Source of the DNA: an uncultured Candidatus Saccharibacteria bacterium
GTDB taxonomy: Bacteria; Patescibacteriota; Minisyncoccia; Phycocordibacterales; PALSA-1337
Reading direction: 5' to 3'
NCBI GenBank assembly: GCA_964357605.1
Contig: CAYHLX010000001.1
Span: 5,159 to 69,158, forward strand
Length of the DNA stretch: 64,000 bases
Position 1 is the stretch's first letter. Every line of letters starts with the position of its first letter. Both the position numbers and the translations under genes were made by a program. The notes below the pieces were generated by a model. The model saw only the letters and a list, made by a program, of their open reading frames with translations, did no database searches and was not told the DNA's origin. Positions 17,838 to 26,974 of this stretch are shown piece by piece.

Positions 17838-20420
17838 ATGAATCTCACCAAAAAACATCTCATAGTAGCGGGGCTTACTATTATTATCATCCTTACCATC
17901 CTCTTTAATCTTGGAGATATTACATCCAAGGAGATTGCACAGTATATCCCACCAAGTAGCTCACAATCCCAGACTGCCGCCGTTTCTGACTTCATCGTCC
18001 ACAATACATTTGATACAGGGACTGTGACCGGTGCTATCGGCCAGGCCACAACATTTGATGGGATTGATGATTATGTGACACTGAGTTCGAGTGGTGTGCC
18101 AGTGGGCAAACAGCCGGTGACTGTGTCGGCTTGGGTCAAGCTTGCTGGTTCTCCTTCTGCTGATAGCAGGATTGTTTTTCGCGGAGAGAGGTATTCGTCA
18201 TCAGATTTTATATTTTTTGATCTAGCTCTCGAAGGGGCAGGACACAATGTGCCGACATTTACCATGATGGGTACCGGAGGAGGAGGTTCACACTACAAGG
18301 CAACTTCAGGAACAGGACTTTCAGCCGGACAGTGGTACCACCTGGTTGGCGTTTCCGATGGAGGAGGCGCAGTGACTGTATATGTAAACAATACTCCTAC
18401 TACCGGAAGCCATATTGATTTCGATGGTCACGATGGAACACCATACGCACCGTCCGTAGGCGCACGGTTGCAAGGCTCCGCGGATTCTTTCTTTGCCGGT
18501 TCGATCGACGACGTTCGTATTTACAACCGCGCACTTGACTCGAGTGAAGTGAGCCAACTCTACGCGCTCGGCAGTGGAGGTGGTACGCCCGCGCCAACGC
18601 CGGATCCTACACCAACCCCGACACCGGATCCAACACCGACACCTTCTGCAGTCAACGGTCAATGTGGTGTAACTGAGAATATTTGTATTCAAGGTACTCT
18701 CAATAATACTGCTGACTCTACTACCAATTATCTTTGGCAATGTACCGGTGCAAATGGTGGCGCAACGGGTTCATGTTCTATTGCAAAACCAGTAAACACC
18801 ATAGTGACCCCACCATCCACTCCAGATCCAGTTACCTTTACAGCACCACCTGTAGTATCCGGTTCGCAAACATACTATATAGACTATGTCTCAGGTAACA
18901 ATGCCAACAACGGCACTTCAAAAAACACCCCATGGAAGGTTCATCCATACATGAAAGGTTTTACCGGAAGCTATTCACACAAGGCTGGAGACAGATTTAT
19001 TTTCAAGGGAGGTGTAACGTGGCCACACTCTGCATTTCAGATGAATATTGCCGCTGGCGGAAGCAGTGACAGTGCGCGTGACTATTATGGTGCTGACAAA
19101 ACTTGGTATGCCGGTTCATCTTGGACCAGACCAGTTTTTGATTTTGAAAACAAAGTCGTAGCACCGGATGCATGGGGTGGAGCAGAGTCAGCAGGGTTGC
19201 TTCTCAGGGATGTTCACTACATCACTCTCGACAATCTGGAGCTGATCCGTTTCCGTCAAAGATTGTTTGAAAAGAATTCCGGCAAGGCTGACCCCGGATT
19301 TGCGGTGGATAATATCACTATACAAGGATCCGCATCCAATATTACACTGCAAAACAGCATTGTGCGTGATTGGACTATACCTACACCCATACCGGCGGGC
19401 TATATAGATGGCGGGGCATCAGGAGGGGTTATCGTTAATGCTTGGTCTGGCGGAGGCACGGGTATAAAAATCCTTAACAATGAATTTCATCAGCAGAATA
19501 CAGGAATCAGATCTGGGGTAGCACTCTATTTGGGTGGAGAGATTGCCTATAACACTATCCACCATGTGTCAGATGCTATCGTCGGTGGTGGTAACGTTCA
19601 TGACAATCTGATCTACAACGTCGAGGATGCCACCTGTCCGGAATTACACGAAGATGTGATCTATATCACATCACCTTCAACGGTTTACAACAACGTTGTC
19701 TATGAAGCTACTGCCGCCGCTCCCGTCTATTACCTTGAACCGAGTCGTTCCGCATCCACTGGAACAACATTGGTGTATAACAATATTTCCTATAATACCG
19801 GGTATGCACCTCTCAGTATAGACATTAGTCAGCCTGAAGGTGTCAATCACGTGATAAAAGTTTACAACAACAGTTTTCATTCCGAAAGTTCTTCGGTGGT
19901 ACGCGTGGTGGATCGTGTCGGTTTACCATTGGGTGTATTGGATATGAAGAATAATCACTTTATTTTCAATGGACAATTCCTCAATATTCCTGCTGGCACA
20001 GTCCTAGACTTTAAGAATACAAATAATATTTTCCACACAGAGTCCGAAGCTGCCCAGTTCGGGGCAACAAGGGCCAACCTATTCAAATTTACTTCGTCTA
20101 ATGCACCAATGATAAACGCCGGTGTAAGTTTGTCGACATTTTTTGCGACTGACAGGCTCGGTGTTGCTCGTCCACAAGGCGGAGCTTGGGATATTGGCGC
20201 CTACGAATATGGTGGAAGCGGAGGATCTGTATGGTCACCACCGCCACCAGCACCAGTTTACAAGCAAGGTGATTTCAACAGGGATGGGCTAGTCAATTCT
20301 CTAGATCTTTCTCTGCTCACATCTGTTTGGAATCAAAATAGTGCCTCATACGATCTGAATTCTGATGGTATCGTAAATAGCTTGGATTATGTGGTTATGA
20401 TTCAGAACTGGACATCGTAA
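17838..20420 (+). CDS. Surface protein: TM, LamG, Cys-containing module, beta-helix, dockerin-like domain
   Basis: N-terminus and beta-helix start are nearly identical to the 9600 protein. WDIGAYE, GDFNRDGLVNSLD/DLNSDGIVNSLD. Confidence 0.85.
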   Translation: MNLTKKHLIVAGLTIIIILTILFNLGDITSKEIAQYIPPSSSQSQTAAVSDFIVHNTFDTGTVTGAIGQATTFDGIDDYVTLSSSGVPVGKQPVTVSAWVKLAGSPSADSRIVFRGERYSSSDFIFFDLALEGAGHNVPTFTMMGTGGGGSHYKATSGTGLSAGQWYHLVGVSDGGGAVTVYVNNTPTTGSHIDFDGHDGTPYAPSVGARLQGSADSFFAGSIDDVRIYNRALDSSEVSQLYALGSGGGTPAPTPDPTPTPTPDPTPTPSAVNGQCGVTENICIQGTLNNTADSTTNYLWQCTGANGGATGSCSIAKPVNTIVTPPSTPDPVTFTAPPVVSGSQTYYIDYVSGNNANNGTSKNTPWKVHPYMKGFTGSYSHKAGDRFIFKGGVTWPHSAFQMNIAAGGSSDSARDYYGADKTWYAGSSWTRPVFDFENKVVAPDAWGGAESAGLLLRDVHYITLDNLELIRFRQRLFEKNSGKADPGFAVDNITIQGSASNITLQNSIVRDWTIPTPIPAGYIDGGASGGVIVNAWSGGGTGIKILNNEFHQQNTGIRSGVALYLGGEIAYNTIHHVSDAIVGGGNVHDNLIYNVEDATCPELHEDVIYITSPSTVYNNVVYEATAAAPVYYLEPSRSASTGTTLVYNNISYNTGYAPLSIDISQPEGVNHVIKVYNNSFHSESSSVVRVVDRVGLPLGVLDMKNNHFIFNGQFLNIPAGTVLDFKNTNNIFHTESEAAQFGATRANLFKFTSSNAPMINAGVSLSTFFATDRLGVARPQGGAWDIGAYEYGGSGGSVWSPPPPAPVYKQGDFNRDGLVNSLDLSLLTSVWNQNSASYDLNSDGIVNSLDYVVMIQNWTS

Positions 20421-20432
20421 TACTGACTGTTA

Positions 20433-20981
20433 ATGAAAAAGCTACTCGTTATAATTGTATCGCTAATTATTATAGGTTTGATTGTATTTTTTGCGCTCAA
20501 TAAGGACGATGGTTCTTTGTCGCCAGATGTTGCTGATCAAAAGAATGCACCTGCTTCTGTCCTATCCCAACCGCTCACAGAGACATATAAAAATGACAAA
20601 TACAGATTCTCTCTCAAACACCCAGTTGATCTTACGGCTTCTTCTTTCACCGACGAGACTGTTGGTGGGGAAGTTGTAACAGTGGCAGATGAATCTACGG
20701 GTATGGGGATGCAGATCGTGATCACTCCATTTGATGAAGAACTCGTTGTGCTCACTCCTGACAGGATCAAGAAGGACCAACCAGAGCTGGTGATCCGTGG
20801 AGCGCAAGAGGTGATCCTTGGTGCGCATGGCAAAGGGGTAGCGTTTCTTGATGCAGAGAAGGACGAAGAGTCTCATCGACAGATCTGGTTCATCGCCTCA
20901 AAGCATCTGTATCAGATCACAGCACCATTTCCCTCCGATACTCTAGTGCAAAACATGCTCAACACCTGGGAGTTTTTTTAG
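20433..20981 (+). CDS. Membrane-anchored protein, PsbP/Mog1-like fold (tentative)
   Basis: N-terminal TM. TYKNDKYRFSLKHP and LYQIT...MLNTWEF pattern. Confidence 0.5.
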   Translation: MKKLLVIIVSLIIIGLIVFFALNKDDGSLSPDVADQKNAPASVLSQPLTETYKNDKYRFSLKHPVDLTASSFTDETVGGEVVTVADESTGMGMQIVITPFDEELVVLTPDRIKKDQPELVIRGAQEVILGAHGKGVAFLDAEKDEESHRQIWFIASKHLYQITAPFPSDTLVQNMLNTWEFF

Positions 20982-21004
20982 GAGATTCGTAGTACAATAT
21001 TCAG

Positions 21005-21907
21005 ATGATTGTTATGAGACATAAAAACTATGCTCAAGCTTTTACCCTAATAGAGATATTGGTGGTTATATCTATCTTGGGATTATTAGCATCTATAGTT
21101 TTTGCTGTGATCAGACAGGCTCGTGAAAGAGGAGTGATAGCCGGGGGAATTATTTTTGCAACTCATACACAACATACCGTCGGTGATCAAGGGGCGATAT
21201 ATTTTGATTTTGGTGCACCATCTGACTTGGATGCAGATCCCGACACAGAAGAAGTGGCAGATACGTCCGGCAACAGTCTTCACGGTACTCTGATGGGTAA
21301 TTCTCCGAGTAATCCGATGGTAAGTCCTACATCGTATTCTCCAGAGGCAGGTAGTTCTCTCAGTCTTAATACCCAATCTGGGATACCGACTCAGTATGTA
21401 AGCGTCGGGTCAAGTCCTGCTCTTGAAAGTGAGAAGCTGATTCTTTCGGCGTGGGTAAAGTCTCCGCCAGTACCTCATCTTTCACAGTTTATAAAAACAG
21501 TTGTTTCATACCATCCAGTGTATATTCTTTTTTTGGACTTGCGTCGCCATAGGGTGAGCGTTTGCACTACTCCTCATAGATTATATAGCGGTCCTCCCGG
21601 ATCATGTCTGTCGTCAGAAATAATATCTATTGATCCAGTTGATGATAAATGGCACAACATAATAGTATCAATTGATTCAGGGGTGCCAAATGGCTCGAAG
21701 ATATATTATGACGGACGTTTGATCGCACAGGGGCTATTTAATATGGCGGCAGTTCCTTCTGGTTGTGAACCCATATTGAGTATTGGTAAGGTAGAGGCGG
21801 CATGTGGTATTCCGTCTTTTGCATATCCAGATAATACTTACCCTAATATGTTTACAGGTCAACTAGATGACGTTCGAGTATACACCACTTCCTTGCCTGT
21901 AAACTGA
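21005..21907 (+). CDS. Type IV pilin-like protein with LamG domain
   Basis: AFTLIEILVVISILGLLASIV, then DTSGN...WHNIIV...YYDG...FTGQLDDVRVY. Confidence 0.85.
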   Translation: MIVMRHKNYAQAFTLIEILVVISILGLLASIVFAVIRQARERGVIAGGIIFATHTQHTVGDQGAIYFDFGAPSDLDADPDTEEVADTSGNSLHGTLMGNSPSNPMVSPTSYSPEAGSSLSLNTQSGIPTQYVSVGSSPALESEKLILSAWVKSPPVPHLSQFIKTVVSYHPVYILFLDLRRHRVSVCTTPHRLYSGPPGSCLSSEIISIDPVDDKWHNIIVSIDSGVPNGSKIYYDGRLIAQGLFNMAAVPSGCEPILSIGKVEAACGIPSFAYPDNTYPNMFTGQLDDVRVYTTSLPVN

Positions 21908-21968
21908 TCCTAATGTTATGGGAGGTATGTGTGTGCCGAAGTGAAAGGAATAGAGTATAATACTATTT

Positions 21969-23327
21969 ATGAAATCCAAAATAATAAAAGCAGTGTATGT
22001 CTTCGCTCTGCTCTATGCTCTACCATCTTTAGTTTCGGCGGCGACACTATCTATTTCGCCTGCGACGAGCTCTGTTGTTGTCGGTAGTGATTTTTCTGTT
22101 GACATCTTGCTCGATACCGAAGGTGTACCAGTAGATGGAGTCGATATTATATATCTCAACTATAACCCTTCACAAATCCAGATACAGGATGCCAATACTT
22201 CTCTTGCTGGGATCCAGATCACTCCTGGCACGCTCATGTCATCAACGTTGGTGAATACTACCAATGAAAGTTCGGGCAGAGTAACTTTTTCTCAAGTATC
22301 AACGGGTGGTACTCGGTATAATGGTTCAGGTACCCTGGCTTCAATTTCTTTTAAAGCACTGACTACTGGTACGGCTAGTCTTGTTTTCAACTTCACTCCA
22401 GGACTCACCACAGATTCCAATGTCGCTTCAAATCAGATCGATATATTGGATACTGTCACCAATGGTTCTTATGTAATAAATTCCCCCCCACCTCCACCTC
22501 CTTCATCTCCACCACCTAGTACACCACCAGCATCTTCTGGTGGTGGCGGTGGTGGTGGTTCTTCAAGTTCTGGTGGCGGCGGAGGAAGTCCAGCACCAGT
22601 TATAGTACCAGCAACGAGTATTACTACAGTCAGTAATTCTGGTGGAGTAAATCAGGTGACTATATATGTCCCGCTAAATATCACACGTTGGCTCACTGTT
22701 GGATCAACCGGTCAGGATGTCCTTCAACTTCACAAAGCCCTCAATCAAAACGGTTTTGCTGTTGCGACAAATGGTGCCGAATCGCTCAATAAGGAAACAA
22801 CTTATTTTGGGCCAGCGACGGCCGCCGCGATCAGAAAATTTCAATGTGCCAAATTGCAGGTCTGCCAGGGCACACCTGAAACAACTGGATATGGTGGTGT
22901 CGGACCGAGAACGCGTCAGGCCCTGTCTCTTTTGAAAATTGCCTCAGTTTCTTCTGTTACGGTCTCAACTGCATCAACAACGGCGCTTACTTCAGTTCCG
23001 GGTTGTCCAGCCGGTTTTATTTGTAGATTGGCTAGTGCCACATCAACTTCGTCATTGCCAACAATACAATATTATTCAACCACCACTCTTCCGGTATTTA
23101 CACGCAACCTCACTTTGGGAGCCGTCGGCGCAGATGTCAAATCTCTGCAGATATATCTCAATTCACGTGGATTCACCATCGCCACGTCTGGTGGTGGATC
23201 CCCAGGCTATGAGACCATGTATTTTGGTCAAGCTACTCAGTCAGCCTTGGTTCGTTTCCAAAGATCAAATGGCATTGTTCCAGCGTCCGGTTTCTTCGGA
23301 CCTTTGACCAGGGGATATATCAAGTAA
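21969..23327 (+). CDS. Secreted cohesin-like protein with two peptidoglycan-binding domains
   Basis: Signal peptide (VSA-ATL), cohesin-like N-domain, Pro/Gly linker. Two L..GS.G.DV..L...LN..GF...YFG.AT..A..FQ...G..GP.TR units. Confidence 0.8.
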   Translation: MKSKIIKAVYVFALLYALPSLVSAATLSISPATSSVVVGSDFSVDILLDTEGVPVDGVDIIYLNYNPSQIQIQDANTSLAGIQITPGTLMSSTLVNTTNESSGRVTFSQVSTGGTRYNGSGTLASISFKALTTGTASLVFNFTPGLTTDSNVASNQIDILDTVTNGSYVINSPPPPPPSSPPPSTPPASSGGGGGGGSSSSGGGGGSPAPVIVPATSITTVSNSGGVNQVTIYVPLNITRWLTVGSTGQDVLQLHKALNQNGFAVATNGAESLNKETTYFGPATAAAIRKFQCAKLQVCQGTPETTGYGGVGPRTRQALSLLKIASVSSVTVSTASTTALTSVPGCPAGFICRLASATSTSSLPTIQYYSTTTLPVFTRNLTLGAVGADVKSLQIYLNSRGFTIATSGGGSPGYETMYFGQATQSALVRFQRSNGIVPASGFFGPLTRGYIK

Positions 23328-23366
23328 TACGTTTTTGTTTATTAGAAAAGAAGGTATAATGATCTC

Positions 23367-25040
23367 ATGAATCAAACATTAAAAACTTCACACGGTATTG
23401 CGATCCTTGCAATATTATTGATTGTTTCCATAATCTACATCGTAAAAACGGGTAATCAAACTGATGGTATCGCCAAATTTGTTCAACCACAAAGTCAGTT
23501 GGCGCAGGTGACCTCCGCCACGACCCTGTCACTCACCACCGCATCTCCCACTACAGTTGGGAGTACATTTACCGTAAATATTACCCTCAATACCGGTGGG
23601 CGAGCTGTATATGGTGTTGACATCAATCGTTTTCGATTTAACCCTGCCATGCTCCAGGTTGTAGATGCCAACACGGGGACAGCTGGTGTACAGGTTGCCC
23701 CAGGATCTCTCATGGCTATTAGTATCATAAATACTGTAGATAACAGTGCCGGCACAGTCCAATTTTCACAAGTTGCAAATCCAGGGTCTACATTCACTGG
23801 TATAGGTACGGTGGCTTCTGTTACTTTCCGTGTTTTGGCCGTAGGTACGTCAAACGTGACCATTGATTTTAGTCAAGGTAGCGGTACGGATTCTAACGTG
23901 GCCGGACTGGGAGGAGATATACTCACTTCGGTGACAGGAGGTTCATATACGGGTACAGCTGTAGTGGTTGTGCCACCTACACCTCCAGCAGACACAACCG
24001 CCCCTACTATTTCCAACGTTACTTTTTCGGGACTTTCGACTACTGGTATCACCATCGCCTGGACTACTGCCAATGAAAATTCCAATACCCAAGTAGAATA
24101 TGGATTGACAAGTAGTTACGGATCACAGACGGCATTGAATGCATCACTCACATCCGCACATACAGCCACTCTCTCCGGCCTCTCACCAGGCACAGCCCAT
24201 CACTATCGTGTCAGATCTCGCGATGCGGCTGGAAATCTGGCTGTATCTACAGATAATATTTTTACAACCTTGGCGGCGGCTGATAGTACAGCACCTACAG
24301 TGCCTTCCGGTGTTACGGCTACAGCCACAGGGGAGACACAGATCCAATTGTCCTGGACAGCTTCTACTGATCCTGCTGGTACTGGACAAAACGTTTCTGG
24401 TGTCGCAAGATACCAAGTTTTTCGTGGGGGAACACTTCTAGGTACTGCGCCATCGACTGCGTATCTAGATACGGGATTGACTGCGGCGACGGCGTATAGC
24501 TATAGAATAAGTGCTGTTGATACGGCTGGCAATATATCTGGACAATCTACAGCGGTGAGTGCTACGACACGATCAGCTTCTGTTGTAGATATTCCGCTTC
24601 AACGCAAAATAATTTTGTCACTAGAGGGAGCTACAAATACTGGCAAGGCTGTTTCTGGAGTCATCGAGTTTCTAGATCCTGTCACGAGGGCCAAAATATA
24701 TCAGGCAAATATTGTCACCGATGCTTCTGGTCAGTACGTCATGAATATTCCGGCAGGGCTTGTGGCAACTGTTGTGCTACGCCCAAAGATCCCTGGCTAT
24801 ATCTCAAAACTGATCACGGATGTAGATCTGAGAAATACTGCCATACTCGAGGTCAATTCGCCGGTATTACGAGCGGGTGATTTCAATGGTGATCAGATCG
24901 TCAATTCTCTAGACTTCTCATATATGAATAGCAAATGGGGTGCGGCGGCTGATGCCCTGGCTGATATAAACAGGGATGGAGGCGTGAACTCCATAGACTT
25001 TTCATATTTGTCTAGCAACTGGTTAGCGACAGGAGAGTAA
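23367..25040 (+). CDS. Cohesin-like + two fibronectin type III-like domains + dockerin-like protein
   Basis: Cohesin similar to the 12121 protein. DTTAPTIS...VEYG...LSPGTAHHYRVRSRDAAGN and DSTAPTVP...YSYRISAVDTAGN. GDFNGDQIVNSLD/DINRDGGVNSID. Confidence 0.8.
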   Translation: MNQTLKTSHGIAILAILLIVSIIYIVKTGNQTDGIAKFVQPQSQLAQVTSATTLSLTTASPTTVGSTFTVNITLNTGGRAVYGVDINRFRFNPAMLQVVDANTGTAGVQVAPGSLMAISIINTVDNSAGTVQFSQVANPGSTFTGIGTVASVTFRVLAVGTSNVTIDFSQGSGTDSNVAGLGGDILTSVTGGSYTGTAVVVVPPTPPADTTAPTISNVTFSGLSTTGITIAWTTANENSNTQVEYGLTSSYGSQTALNASLTSAHTATLSGLSPGTAHHYRVRSRDAAGNLAVSTDNIFTTLAAADSTAPTVPSGVTATATGETQIQLSWTASTDPAGTGQNVSGVARYQVFRGGTLLGTAPSTAYLDTGLTAATAYSYRISAVDTAGNISGQSTAVSATTRSASVVDIPLQRKIILSLEGATNTGKAVSGVIEFLDPVTRAKIYQANIVTDASGQYVMNIPAGLVATVVLRPKIPGYISKLITDVDLRNTAILEVNSPVLRAGDFNGDQIVNSLDFSYMNSKWGAAADALADINRDGGVNSIDFSYLSSNWLATGE

Positions 25041-25100
25041 AAGGATGTTAAAATTATTCAACATAATAGCAATAAATTTAAAAGCGCACATTATCAATTT

Positions 25101-25808
25101 ATGAAATCAACATCGATGAAAAATTTTATCCCAGTGCTTGTAGCAGTATTTGTTATACCTTCGCTCGCATCCGCGGCGACATTGTCGGTCTCGCCCTCAT
25201 CTCACACAGTCAAGGCGGGGGATACATTCTCTGTATCTGTGCGTCTTGATACCCAAGGTGATTCTATTGACGGCGTAGATTTGAGATATCTCAATTACAA
25301 TTCTAGTTTGTTACAGGTTTTGGATGCGGATGTAGCCAAGTCGGGCACACAGATCACTCCTGGCACTCTGATGCCCATGACTCTTTTGAATAATGTGGAT
25401 CAGGCTTCTGGTAAAATTTCTTTTTCACAGGTTAGTGCTGGAGGAACAAAATATAAGGGTTCAGGTACCCTGGCGACGATTTCGTTCAAGGCCCTGGCTT
25501 CTGGCAGTACACAACTCACATTCAACCATACACCGAGCAACACCACTGACTCCAATGTGGCCATGGCTGGAAAAGATACACTGAGTGCAGTCATAAACGG
25601 ATCAATTACTATTGGTGGGGTGGGGGTGGTGGCACCAACTTCAATATCGTCAGAATCACGAAACTCAGATGGTTCTTTTGTGCCTTTACCAGAAGGAGAT
25701 TCTGATGAATCAATTGAAAGCCCTAAGTCACAGGGATCTTTTTGGAATGCGATAGATTATGTATTTGGTCGCATTGCAAAGGGTTTTATGAGAATTTTCG
25801 GAAGATAA
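25101..25808 (+). CDS. Secreted cohesin-like protein with C-terminal amphipathic helix
   Basis: ASA-ATLSVSP...GDTFSVSVRLDT...DGVD...GTLATISFKA, paralogous to the 21969 N-domain. Ends FWNAIDYVFGRIAKGFMRIFGR. Confidence 0.8.
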   Translation: MKSTSMKNFIPVLVAVFVIPSLASAATLSVSPSSHTVKAGDTFSVSVRLDTQGDSIDGVDLRYLNYNSSLLQVLDADVAKSGTQITPGTLMPMTLLNNVDQASGKISFSQVSAGGTKYKGSGTLATISFKALASGSTQLTFNHTPSNTTDSNVAMAGKDTLSAVINGSITIGGVGVVAPTSISSESRNSDGSFVPLPEGDSDESIESPKSQGSFWNAIDYVFGRIAKGFMRIFGR

Positions 25809-25927
25809 AAATTTACATCCTCCTAATCACCCTCAATCCTTGACAATTTTAAGTATTCCTGTATCATTATCTGGGTAAGTTTCTCGTGCGCTTACGTTTA
25901 TATTTAAAGACGAGGTATATAAGAAAA

Positions 25928-26224
25928 ATGGCAAAGAAGTTATATGTAGGAGGTATTTCTTACGGTACTAGTGAAGATACGCTTAAGGCGCATTTCGCTC
26001 AGGCCGGAGCAGTTGAGTCAGCATCAATTATTATGGACAAGATGACAGGCCGATCAAAAGGTTTTGGATTCGTCCAGATGAGTTCAGATGCTGAAGCAGA
26101 CAATGCTGTTAACATGTTTAATGGCAAAGAGCTTGAAGGAAGAACTCTTACTGTGAACGAGGCACGCCCTATGGAGCCTAGAGCACCTAGAGCACCTCGA
26201 GGTGAAGGACGCGGAAACTGGTAA
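25928..26224 (+). CDS. RRM RNA-binding protein
   Basis: KLYVGGI (RNP2), SKGFGFVQM (RNP1), LTVNEARP. Start reassigned to ATG 25928. Confidence 0.95.
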   Translation: MAKKLYVGGISYGTSEDTLKAHFAQAGAVESASIIMDKMTGRSKGFGFVQMSSDAEADNAVNMFNGKELEGRTLTVNEARPMEPRAPRAPRGEGRGNW

Positions 26225-26239
26225 CAGGACTCGTCTCTT

Positions 26240-26277
26240 AAAACAAAAAACGCCCCTCTCGGGGTGTTTTTTGTTTT
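26240..26277. terminator. Bidirectional intrinsic terminator
   Basis: AAAACAAAAAACGCCCC-TCTC-GGGGTGTTTTTTGTTTT between convergent genes. Confidence 0.85.
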
Positions 26278-26278
26278 C

Positions 26279-26935
26279 TTAATCCATATCTTTCCACCAT
26301 TCAGAAATGGGGGCTTTTTTTATTATTTCTATCACCTTATTTAGGTCATCTGTGATCATAAAGAGATCCAAATCACTTTTATCGATCGATTGTACTTTAC
26401 CAAGCATTTTAGATACCATAAAATCTTTTAAGTCATTCCAGAAGTCTTGGCCAATCAAAATTATTGGTACCCTTGGAATTTTTTTGTTTTGAATGAGGGT
26501 TAGGACACTAAATAATTCGTCAAAAGTGCCATATCCTCCAGGAAAACAGATAAAAGCTTCTGCCGAAAAAGTAAGCATGGCCTTTCGAGAAAGAAAATAT
26601 TTGAATTCCATTGCCGAAGTGACATAAGGATTTATTTTCTGCTCTCTGGGAAGGTTTATAGCAAAACCTATGGAATTTCCACCCGCTTCTTTTGCACCGA
26701 AGTTTGCCCCAGCCATGATACCTGGTCCTCCTCCGCTTATGACTGAGTATCCAAGTTCCTTGACGATAAGACCAGCCAATTCTTGTGCTTGTTTGTAATA
26801 AGGATCTACGGGGCTTAATCTGGATGAACCAAAGATCGTCACTGATTTTGGATATTTTTTTAATATTTCAAAACCATCTCTAAATTCTTTGGTGATTTCT
26901 GCTATATGATCATCCATATTGTTTTCATTATTCAT
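26279..26935 (-). CDS. LOG family (TIGR00730) Rossmann-fold protein
   Basis: VTIFGSSR, SGGGPGIM, FPGGYGTFDELF. Start likely MNNENN. Confidence 0.9.
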   Translation of the reverse strand: MNNENNMDDHIAEITKEFRDGFEILKKYPKSVTIFGSSRLSPVDPYYKQAQELAGLIVKELGYSVISGGGPGIMAGANFGAKEAGGNSIGFAINLPREQKINPYVTSAMEFKYFLSRKAMLTFSAEAFICFPGGYGTFDELFSVLTLIQNKKIPRVPIILIGQDFWNDLKDFMVSKMLGKVQSIDKSDLDLFMITDDLNKVIEIIKKAPISEWWKDMD

Positions 26936-26974
26936 GTATTTGATTATAACATAGCAATACATTAGTATGGGAGG

